Origin: an uncultured Chloroflexia bacterium
GTDB lineage: Bacteria > Chloroflexota > Chloroflexia > QHBQ01 > JAICKM01
DNA length: 64,000 bases
Assembly: GCA_963784695.1 (NCBI GenBank)
Contig: CAWARZ010000002.1
Coordinates: 2,395,513-2,459,512 of the forward strand
Direction of reading: 5' to 3'
Under the pieces are notes generated by a model. The model was given only the letters and a program-made list of their open reading frames with translations. It ran no database searches and was not told the origin of the DNA. Below are positions 1-7,647 of the stretch, in pieces. Every line of letters begins with the position of its first letter. Position 1 is the first letter of the stretch. The translations under genes were made by a program, and so were the position numbers.

Positions 1-314
1 ATCGCGCTGAACCGGGTGTACCAGCCCAGCAGGACCGCCAGGCCGATCAACAGCTCTCCGGCCATCGTCAGCATGCCGAATAGCGTGGCCTGCGGGATGG
101 CCACCCCGGTCAGGAACCCGCCCAGCGGCGAGCTCGCGGCGCTCGCCTGCAGCTGGTGCCCGATGTAGCTCGTCGACGCGGGGTTGAAGAAGCTGGGGTC
201 CACCAGCTTGTCGAAACTGGCCCAGATGAAGGATACGCCCAGAAAGAGTCGCAGCGGCAAGATCGCGAACCCCGGTAGGCGGCTATTTCGAATGACCGTT
301 TTCCAATCGTTCAT
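1..314 (-). CDS. DoxX-family membrane protein, N-terminal part (gene continues past the left edge)
   Basis: Reverse-strand ATG at 312-314 with an open frame to position 1: MNDWKTVIRNSRLPGFAILPLRLFLGVSFIWASFDKLVDPSFFNP...GELLIGLAVLLGWYTRFSA. The hydrophobic pattern is typical of DoxX/DoxD proteins. It is absent from the ORF track because no stop lies in the window. Confidence 0.5.
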   Translation of the reverse strand, partial: MNDWKTVIRNSRLPGFAILPLRLFLGVSFIWASFDKLVDPSFFNPASTSYIGHQLQASAASSPLGGFLTGVAIPQATLFGMLTMAGELLIGLAVLLGWYTRFSA

Positions 315-668
315 GCGCTCCCATCCTCGTCGGTGAATTCTTTCGCCTGCTTGATCTTACCCAATCGAGATGGGAATCAGGTTAAAGCACGATTAAAGCC
401 ACTTCAGAAGAAGACCTCGCGCAGCCCGGCTCCCATCCGACCGACGCAACGCCGGCGCCACCCTCATGCGGCGAACCGCCGGTCCACGGGTGCCCACCGG
501 CGGGTGACCCGTAATATAAGTATCGCACAGGATCGGCCTGATTGATCCGGACACCGGTCGGACAGAAACCGGACAGGGGGGAGCGGACAAATCAATGGAC
601 CCCGCCTGCGGGCAGGTCCAGGCGGAAGCGGGCGCACCATGCCTCGGGGGCAGGCACGCCGAACACGT

Positions 669-687
669 CGCCCCGCATGGCGGGGCG
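669..687 (-). terminator. GC hairpin after the mutS2 stop (weak terminator candidate)
   Basis: 8-bp stem cgccccgc/gcggggcg with a 3-nt loop, about 19 nt downstream of the stop. There is no clear U tail. Confidence 0.25.
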
Positions 688-705
688 TGGCCGGTGCGCG
701 CCACA

Positions 706-3273
706 TCAGCCGGGCGGGTCGAAGTAGGCCAGCGTGACGCCCTCGCCGCCCTGCTCGGCGGGGCCCGGCGCCCACGCCCGCACCAGCGGGTGCGCGCGTA
801 GCTGGTCGCGCACGACCTGGCGCAGCACGCCCGTGCCTTTGCCGTGGATGATGCGCACCATCGGCATGCCCGCCAGCGCGGCATCCTGCAGGTACGGGAT
901 CGAGCGCGTCGGCGATCGCCTCGGCGCGGTAGCCGCGCAGGTCGATCTCCAGCGGCACGGCCTTGCTCGCCGCGCGCTGCATCAGCGTGGCCGCCGACGT
1001 GGGCGCCGGGCGCCCGCCCCGCGCCGCCTCGGGCTCGCTGCCCCAGGCGCGCGCGCCGCCGCCCGGCCGCGGCTGCCCCGGCTCGCGCTCCTCGCTTGTC
1101 CACGTCCAACCGGGCCCCCCAGCCGGCGCGCGTCGCTCCATCTCGTCGACCCGCACCCGCAGCTTGAAGGCGCCCAGCTGCACCTCGGCCGTGTTCTGCG
1201 CGTCGGTCGCCGACAGCACGTCACCCTCCGCGTCCAGCGACGGCACGTAGACCCGGTCGCCCGGGCGCAGCGGGCGCGGACCGCCCGGCCTCCTCCGCCG
1301 GGGCGGCGTGGCGCGGGCGCCGCCTTGCGCCGGTTGGTCGCCCGCAGGTCCTTCTGCGCCGTCTCGATCCGTTGCGCCTGCTGCCGCACCCACTCGCGCG
1401 TCACGGCGTTCGTTTCGCTCTCGACGCGTACCTGCTGGATCAGGTCGCGCAACTCGGCCAGCTCGTTGTCGGCCTGGGCGCGCGCCTCCACCAGCGCCTC
1501 TTGCCGCAGCCGGTCGACGTCGCGCAGCTGGCGATCCAGCTCCCGCCGCCGCTCTTCGACCTGCCGGCGCGCGCGCTCCTGCGCGGCACGCTCCTCGGCC
1601 GCCTGCTCCCGCTCGTGCCGGATCTGCTCCAGCAGCGTTTCGACGTGCACGTCTGCCGGGTCCAGGAAGCGTTGCGCCTGCTGCACGACGTCCGGCTGCA
1701 AGCCCAGCCGCGTGGCGATCGCCAGCGCGTTCGAGCGCCCCGGCAGGCCCACCGTCAGCCGGTAGGTCGGCGCCAGCGTCTCCACGTCGAACTCGACCGA
1801 CGCGTTCTCGACCCCCTCGGTCGTGTAGGCGAACGCTTTGAGCTCCGAATAGTGCGTCGTCGCGATGGCCAGCGCCCCGCTCGCCAACACGTGCTCGATC
1901 AGCGCCCGGGCCAGCGCGGCGCCCTCCTGCGGGTCGGTGCCCGCGCCAAGCTCGTCCAGCAGCACGAGCGTCCGGTCGGTCAGCCCGCGCAGGATGCCGA
2001 TGATGTTCGACATGTGCGATGAGAAGGTGCTCAGGCTCTGCTCGATCGACTGCTCGTCGCCGATGTCGGCGAAGACCTGCTCGAACACCAGCAGCCGCGA
2101 TCCCGGGTCGGCTGGGATGTGCAGCCCGCACATGGCCATCAGCGTGAGCAGCCCCACGGTCTTCAGTGCCACGGTCTTGCCGCCCGTGTTCGGCCCCGTG
2201 ATCACCAGCACGCGGAAGCGCTCGCCCAGCTCGACGGTGATCGGCACAACCGTGCCGCTGAGCAAGGGGTGGCGCGCGCTGCGCAGCAGGATCCCCTGCT
2301 GCGACTCGTCCGCGGCCGGCGCGTTGCGCGCGGCCGGGTCCTTGCGCCCGGCGCCCGCGCGGGCCGTCTGCGGCCCGGGCACGCCCAGGCCCGGCTCCAC
2401 GCCGCCGATCGCCTCGCTGTAGCGGCCGCAGGCCAGCGCCACGTCGATCTGCGCCAGCGTCACCACCAACGTGGTCAGCGGTCCGGCCTGTGCGCCCACC
2501 TGCCGCCCGAGCTCGCGCAAGATGCGCGTGATCTCCTCCTGCTCGTCCAGCTGCAGCTTGCGCCACTCGTTGCCCAGGTCGACCACCGCCAGCGGCTCGA
2601 CCCACAGCGTCGCCCCGCTGGACGACTGGTCGTGCACAATCCCCTTAAGCTGGCCGCGGAAGTCTGATTTTACGGGCACGACGTAGCGGTCGCCGCGCAT
2701 GCTGATGATTGGCTCCTGCAGGGCGTGCTCGCCCGCCGAGGAGTTCAGGATCTGCTGCAGGCGCGTCATCAGCCGGTCGTGCGCCACGCGCACCTGCGCG
2801 CGGATGCGCCCGAGCGCCGGGCTCGCCGAGTCGGGGATGTTGCCGTCCTTGTCGAACGTGCGCCGGATCTCGGCGTCGAGCCGCGGCAACGGCGTGATCC
2901 GCTCGGCCAGCTCGGCGAGCGCGGGCAGGCCGCCTTTCTGCTCTTCCAGGCGCAGGATGGCGCTGCGCAGCTCCTGGCCTGCCTCCATCGTGCTCTGGAT
3001 GGCCAGGAAGTCGTGCACGTCGAGCACCGCGCCCAGTTCCGCGCGCCGCACGCTCTCGCGCACGTCGTGGACCCCCCCCAGGCCCGTATCCGGCCGCAGG
3101 TCGAGCAGCCGGCCGGCCTCGCTGGTCAGCTGTTGGCGGTGCCGGACCTCCGCCAGGGCCGTCGCCGGCTCCAGCGCCACGGCGGCGGCGTGGCTCGCGC
3201 TGAATGCCGTGTAGCCTGCCACCCGGGCCAGCACCTTCGGCAGCTCGAGCACCGCCACAGTTTTCGCATTCAC
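706..3273 (-). pseudogene. mutS2: Endonuclease MutS2 (MutS domain plus Smr domain); needs two frame changes to read through
   Basis: About 660 aa in the frame of ORF 982..3273 carry Walker A GPNTGGKT and DELGAGTDP. PGDRVYVPSLDAEGDVL...VPLEIDLRGYRAEAIADAL continues in the frame of ORF 464..2605 between about 1300 and 900. The Smr end IPYLQDAALAGMPMVRIIHGKGTGVLRQVV...LAYFDPPG returns to the first frame and stops at TGA 706-708. Confidence 0.85.
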
Positions 3274-3470
3274 GCTTCTGTTCCCTCACTCCGCCGAGCC
3301 ATGCGGCCCCCGCGGGCATCTGTTCAACTGTACTCTAGGATATCGCGTGATCGGGCGCGCTTGGATTGCATGCCGCACACGCAACGCGCCGGACGCGGGC
3401 GCACCATGGCGCCACCCGTCCGGCGCAGGGCGCGGCGAGGGGGATGCTCAAGCCAGATCTGGGCCAGCCG

Positions 3471-4118
3471 CTAGCCGCGCAGCGACCCCAGCCACGCGAT
3501 CCAGACGGGCAGGGTGCCCGTCAGGTGGTGGGCGGTCAGGATCGGCGGCGATTGGCCGCCCAGCAGCGGGGCCATGCTCGCCAGCAGGTACGGCAGCCCG
3601 CGCACCAGCACCGGGCCGAGGTACGAGTTGGCGTACCAGTCGTGGAAGAGGATCATGTACGGCGCCGACGTCCCAGTGGCCTGCAGCTCGGTGTTCAGGT
3701 CGTAGGGTACCTCGAGCAAGATCACCAGGATCGCCGCGAGCAGGATGCCCGCGCCGAAGCCCAGCAGCATGCCGATGGGCCGGTCCACACAGGCGCCCAC
3801 GCGGCCCTCGATCTCCATGTGCCCGAAGAACTGGAACAGCAGCACGATCAACAGCACCGAGACCAGCGCGTCCAACAGGACGAAAGCCAGGATCTGCGTC
3901 ACGGTCGACGGGGCCAAGCGCAGAACCTTCTCCAGCAGCTGCGCCGCTGGCAGATAGTAGATCGCGCCGATTACGAACCCTAAGTAAATCGAAGCCACAA
4001 TGAAGAACAGCTTGAGCGCGCCGCGGGTAAAGCCCAGAAACGCGAAACCCACGATCATCAGAAACAAGATGATGTCCAGGACGTGGATTGCGCGGAGGAT
4101 GTCGACTAGCTGTGGCAT
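3471..4118 (-). CDS. cvpA: CvpA-family membrane protein
   Basis: Internal ATG at 4116-4118 is preceded by GGAGGGGAGGA. MPQLVDILRAIHVLDIILFLMIVGFAFLGFTRGALKLFFIVASIYLGF... has four or more TM helices and a CvpA-like N-terminus. It lies directly upstream of mutS2, as in Firmicutes. Confidence 0.7.
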   Translation of the reverse strand: MPQLVDILRAIHVLDIILFLMIVGFAFLGFTRGALKLFFIVASIYLGFVIGAIYYLPAAQLLEKVLRLAPSTVTQILAFVLLDALVSVLLIVLLFQFFGHMEIEGRVGACVDRPIGMLLGFGAGILLAAILVILLEVPYDLNTELQATGTSAPYMILFHDWYANSYLGPVLVRGLPYLLASMAPLLGGQSPPILTAHHLTGTLPVWIAWLGSLRG

Positions 4119-4203
4119 CGTAGGGATCCTCCCCTCCGGCTCCCGCGAGACCGGTTGACCAACGTGTACCGCCACCGGACGAACCCGTCCGCCGTTCTTC
4201 GCC

Positions 4204-4232
4204 ATTCTACTCTCTTTCGCGCCCAAGTGCAA
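4204..4232 (-). promoter_or_regulatory. Candidate sigma-70 promoter for cvpA-mutS2
   Basis: On the minus strand: TTGCAC (4227-4232), 17-nt spacer, TAGAAT (4204-4209). It sits about 85 nt upstream of the cvpA ATG. Confidence 0.4.
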
Positions 4233-4277
4233 CGCCATCTGATTAGACTCTTTGTTCGATTTTCGTGCCCAAACCTA

Positions 4278-4307
4278 TTGACACGAACGCTTGTTCTGTG
4301 CTATGAT
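4278..4307 (+). promoter_or_regulatory. Candidate lexA promoter with embedded LexA (Cheo-type) box
   Basis: TTGACA (4278-4283), 18-nt spacer, TATGAT (4302-4307). The spacer contains cGAACgcttGTTCt (4284-4297), matching the Gram-positive SOS box GAAC-N4-GTTC. Confidence 0.6.
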
Positions 4308-4554
4308 GCGGGTAGTAGCCTTGTACCCTGAAAGATACAAGCGTCGCCGTCCCGCATATGATTGCCATACAGACTCTGACAGGCGGCGACAGGTGAGGGG
4401 AGCGGCCACACACCGAGGACGGACGGTGCGCGCGCGGAACTCCCGCAGAACAAGTGATCGAGGCAGTTGCGCCTGCCGCAGGGGTCGGGTTCTCGACATG
4501 CCGGACCGCGCCGGTGGCCCCGCCGCCCGCGCGCAGCAGACACTGAGGAGAACA

Positions 4555-5232
4555 ATGGCCAAGTCCACCCTTTCCGAACGCCAGAGCAAAATCCTGGAGT
4601 TCATTCGTAAGTTCATCGACGACCGCGGTTTTCCGCCCAGCGTGCGCGACATTCAGGACGGGCTCGTCCCGCGGGTGTCGTCGACCTCCGTGGTGGATTA
4701 CAACCTCAAGGCCCTGGAGGAAAAAGGCTTCATCCGCCGCGGCCGGGGGATCTCGCGGGCCATCGAGCTCGTGGAGAACGGGACCATCGTCCATTTCGCT
4801 TCCCGCCGGACGATTACCATCCCGCTGGCTCCCACCCCGATCGCGGCCGGCAAGCCGATCCCTGTCCTCGAGGACGTGCGCGCGGCCGGCGAGTGTGAGG
4901 GTCTGGATATCTCCGATGCCGTGCTGGGCCGCTATGCCGCCCATCCCGAGGTCCTCTACGCCCTCCGCGTCAAGGGCCAGTCGATGATCGAGGACCTCAT
5001 CAACGACGGCGACATCGTGATTGTGCGCTCGCAGGAAACGGCTGAGGTCGGCCAGACCATCGTCGCCTGGCTGCGCTCCGAGCAGGAAGCCACGCTCAAG
5101 AAGTACTACCCGGATACGCCGGGCCGCGTGCGCCTGCAGCCCGCCAACGAGACCATGGAGCCGATTTACACCAGCGCCGAGAACCTGGAGATCAAGGGCC
5201 GCGTCGTCGGCCTGCTGCGCATGATGGCCTGA
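4555..5232 (+). CDS. lexA: LexA repressor (wHTH plus S24 autopeptidase)
   Basis: ATG 4555 lies 5 nt after GAGGAG. MAKSTLSERQSKILEFIRKFIDDRGFPPSVRDIQDGL... is the wHTH. PIAAGKPIP carries the Ala-Gly cleavage site, VKGQSMIED the Ser nucleophile and ATLKKYY the Lys. Confidence 0.92.
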   Translation: MAKSTLSERQSKILEFIRKFIDDRGFPPSVRDIQDGLVPRVSSTSVVDYNLKALEEKGFIRRGRGISRAIELVENGTIVHFASRRTITIPLAPTPIAAGKPIPVLEDVRAAGECEGLDISDAVLGRYAAHPEVLYALRVKGQSMIEDLINDGDIVIVRSQETAEVGQTIVAWLRSEQEATLKKYYPDTPGRVRLQPANETMEPIYTSAENLEIKGRVVGLLRMMA

Positions 5233-5253
5233 TTCTGATCGCGGAGGTGTCTC

Positions 5254-5940
5254 ATGCCCGATCCTCGCTGGCCGGCCGCGCCGGGCCCGGCTGACCCGTT
5301 CGCCCCCGGTGCCGCCCCGCGTTGGGGCCGCTTCACGCGCACCCCCGACGGCATGGCCCTCCAGGCCGCGCCCGCGCCGGCCGGGTTGCCTCGCGTGCTC
5401 GGCTCTGCGCCGCCCGCGGCGGGCGCCCTGCGCCCCCGCCGCAATGCCGCCAACGGCAGCGTCTACGTGGACGACCGCACCCGGCTCACGCGGCTCGGGC
5501 AGCCTGGCCGCCGCGTGCCCGTCCGCGGCGAGATCGCCGCCGGCCACTACGACGTCACCGTGGCCTATCACGACTACCTCGACTATGAGCATGGCGTCGA
5601 AGTCGATCCCGCGCTCGTGCCCGAGGGCTGCGGCGCCTTCGCCCTCCGCGTGCGCGGCACCTCGATGACCCACGTCGGCATCGAGCCCGGCGATATCGTG
5701 GTCGTCAAGCCGCAGGACCGGGCCGACAACGGCGACTTCGTCGTCGCTGTGCTCACCGATTCCGCCGACCCGGAAGGCTATGTGACGCTCAAGCGGTTCT
5801 ACCAGAAGAAGGACCACGTCTACCTGCAGTCCGCGACCGCCGCCCAGGAGCCCATCCGCCTCTACCCGCGCGGCCGCGGTGCCGACCGCGACCGGGTGCA
5901 GGTGCAGGGCCGCGTGATCGCCGTCCTGAAGGATCGCTGA
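5254..5940 (+). CDS. LexA/UmuD-like S24 peptidase domain protein without an HTH (Pro/Ala-rich N-terminus)
   Basis: ATG 5254 follows GGAGGTG. The C-terminal 130 aa are VRGEIAAGHYD...ALRVRGTSMTHVGIEPGDIVVVKPQ...GDFVVAVL...VTLKRFY...VQGRVIAVLKDR. The Ala-Gly site, Ser (GTSM) and Lys (LKRF) are all present. The first 95 aa or so are low-complexity with no DNA-binding motif. Confidence 0.75.
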   Translation: MPDPRWPAAPGPADPFAPGAAPRWGRFTRTPDGMALQAAPAPAGLPRVLGSAPPAAGALRPRRNAANGSVYVDDRTRLTRLGQPGRRVPVRGEIAAGHYDVTVAYHDYLDYEHGVEVDPALVPEGCGAFALRVRGTSMTHVGIEPGDIVVVKPQDRADNGDFVVAVLTDSADPEGYVTLKRFYQKKDHVYLQSATAAQEPIRLYPRGRGADRDRVQVQGRVIAVLKDR

Positions 5941-5947
5941 ACCCGCC

Positions 5948-5977
5948 GGCGCGGCCCCCGCGGCCGCGCCGCGCTTT
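5948..5977 (+). terminator. Hairpin after the S24 gene (possible terminator or attenuator)
   Basis: ggcgcggcc (5948-5956) and ggccgcgcc (5962-5970) form a 9-bp perfect stem with a 5-nt loop, followed by gcgcTTT. Confidence 0.35.
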
Positions 5978-6004
5978 CAGTCACATGTTCGACCAGGAAC
6001 CCCC

Positions 6005-7141
6005 ATGCGTGATTTGCTGGACCATCAGGCCAACGCCATCGAATATGTCTTGCACACCCATGAGATCCCGGGGCGGGTCAGCGGCGGCGCTCTCTCGCCG
6101 CGGCTGATCCACTTCCACCTGCAGCTGCCGCCCCGGGTCCGCACGGCCCGGCTCGCGCCCCTGCTACCCGAGTTGGCCGCCCACCTCGAGGTCTCCGCCG
6201 TACGCCTGGCCCCCGATCCCGAGACGCATGCCCCGGTGCTCGAAGTGCCGCGGCCCGACCCCGTGCCCGTGCGCCTCGTGCCGCTGGCCCGCAAGGTCGC
6301 CCCCATCGTGCCCGCCTGTGCGGCCACGCTCGGCCTCGATACTCTGGGCAACCCGCTCCTCTTGCGCCTTGACGCGCCCGAGGTCTGCCCGGCCCTCGTC
6401 GTCGGCGGCTCCGGTGCCGGCAAGTCGGCCCTCCTGCAGACGATGGCCCTCGGCCTCGCCCTGCACAACAGCCCCGACATCCTGCGCCTGCTCCTGATCG
6501 ACCTCGCGCCCCCGCCCCGCCGCGGCCGCGCCGCCGACGCCTGGGACGCCCTGGCCGGCCTGCCGCACCTGGTGACCCCGCCGATCCGCGGGCCGCAGGA
6601 GGGGCTCTTGCGCCTGCGCTGGGCCGAGCGCCTGCTCGACGCCCGCGCCGATCGCACGGCCGGCGGCGAGGCGCCCGATGACGTCGCCCTCGTGCTGCTC
6701 GTCGACGGCCTCGACGCCTGCCCGAGCGGCGCCGCCGGTCGCGAGCTCACCGCGCTCGTCGACCGCCTGGCGCGCGACGGCCGTGAGGCCGGCATCTACC
6801 TGGTCGGCGCCGGCCGCCCCGCCGGGCCTGCGGCCCAGCTAGCCTGGGGCGCCCGCCTCGTCGGCCGCAGCCGCGACGCCGCCGAGGCGCGCGTCGCCGC
6901 GGGCTTGCAGGGCAGCGGCGCCGAAGGCCTCCTCGGCGACGGCGACTTCCTCGCCGTGCTCGGCGGCGAAACCGTCCGCTTCCAGGCCGCCACCGCCCGC
7001 CCAGACGAACTGGCCCGCACGGTCGATCTGCTGCAGCAGGTCGCCGCCGCCGAGTCCGAAGCGCCCGAGTTCTCCCGCGCCGCCGGCCAGGGCGCGGCGC
7101 CTATCCGCAGCACCCGCACCCCGACCCCCTTCGCCCTCTAG
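6005..7141 (+). CDS. Soluble FtsK/SpoIIIE-family motor ATPase domain protein (no TM region, no gamma domain)
   Basis: LGLDTLGNPLLLRLDAPEVCPALVVGGSGAGKSALLQTM is FtsK-type Walker A. ALVLLVDGLD is Walker B. DGREAGIYLVGAGRP and GAEGLLGDGDFL mirror the FtsK motifs AAGIHL..ATQRP and GAE.LLG.GDML. The N-terminus resembles the FtsK alpha subdomain. Confidence 0.75.
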   Translation: MRDLLDHQANAIEYVLHTHEIPGRVSGGALSPRLIHFHLQLPPRVRTARLAPLLPELAAHLEVSAVRLAPDPETHAPVLEVPRPDPVPVRLVPLARKVAPIVPACAATLGLDTLGNPLLLRLDAPEVCPALVVGGSGAGKSALLQTMALGLALHNSPDILRLLLIDLAPPPRRGRAADAWDALAGLPHLVTPPIRGPQEGLLRLRWAERLLDARADRTAGGEAPDDVALVLLVDGLDACPSGAAGRELTALVDRLARDGREAGIYLVGAGRPAGPAAQLAWGARLVGRSRDAAEARVAAGLQGSGAEGLLGDGDFLAVLGGETVRFQAATARPDELARTVDLLQQVAAAESEAPEFSRAAGQGAAPIRSTRTPTPFAL

Positions 7142-7250
7142 GGCCGCCTCAGGCAGGGGCGGCCCCGCGTGATCCTGTGGGCGCCATGCCCGCCATTGGG
7201 CGCTGGACCGCGCCCAGGGTCGTCAGGCCGCCGCGCGTTGCCGCACCCCT

Positions 7251-7298
7251 CCTTTGTCATCCCGAACGCAGTGAGGGATCTCCGCGCCGGGATGCTCC
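7251..7298 (+). repeat. Dispersed intergenic repeat, family 1 (TGTCATCC..GGATCTCC), copy 1
   Basis: cctttGTCATCCCGAACGCAGTGAGGGATCTCCGCGCCGGGATGctcc. Related copies lie at 24327-24383, 24452-24497, 32821-32872 and 47451-47500. Confidence 0.8.
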
Positions 7299-7510
7299 TC
7301 TAGGTACGCCTGTCCCCACCTGCACGGCGGGGATAGGCCGGGTCGGTAGGCTGCAACGCGTCCTGGCCGGCGTTCGCGGCTCCACCACGATTCCGCCAAC
7401 AAGATCCCGCCTGGCTGCTTGGGTGCTGTCGGGGATGCCAGGAGCGCGCGAAGCTCCGCGGCCGCGGTGGCCCAGCGGCCGTGGCGCTGCGGCATGTGGG
7501 ATACGCGGAT

Positions 7511-7536
7511 TGTAGGGGCGACCCTGTGGTCGCCCG
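7511..7536. repeat. REP-like GC palindrome (tgtaggggcgacc ctgt ggtcgcccg)
   Basis: The stem gggcgacc/ggtcgccc follows a GTAGG lead-in. It has the same architecture as the units clustered at 32380-32700. Confidence 0.6.
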
Positions 7537-7647
7537 GCCGCCGCACCGCCCCGGCTCGGATCGGCCGCGCCGCCGGGCGCAGCGGCATCCCACCGGCGGG
7601 CACGGGATCACCGCGCGGCCCTCAGGGGACAGATGACACAGTCGCGC

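Noticed and set aside
464-2605. 713-aa ORF overlapping mutS2 in another frame. Similar very long Arg/Pro/Gly/Ala-rich ORFs occur throughout (for example 13851..15845, 17241..18794, 33341..36097, 34635..36398, 41383..43065, 43923..45656, 59309..60631).
   Set aside because: Their composition (runs of R, P, G, A and few hydrophobic cores) is typical of out-of-frame or antisense shadows in roughly 70% GC DNA. Each overlaps a gene with clear family motifs. Only the roughly 900-1300 segment of this ORF is real, because mutS2 shifts into it.
4291-4554. N-terminal extension of LexA: the track ORF starts at 4291, in frame with lexA.
   Set aside because: The extension is Arg-rich with no fold-like pattern, its start lies inside the promoter hexamers, and a GAGGAG SD precedes ATG 4555, where the canonical wHTH begins.
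4555-7141. Whether the S24 plus FtsK-like pair marks an integrated conjugative element (actinomycete-type ICEs use FtsK-like Tra proteins and S24-like repressors).
   Set aside because: No integrase, excisionase, replication initiator, att-like direct repeats or compositional shift flank the genes. The first gene is a canonical chromosomal lexA with its own SOS box.
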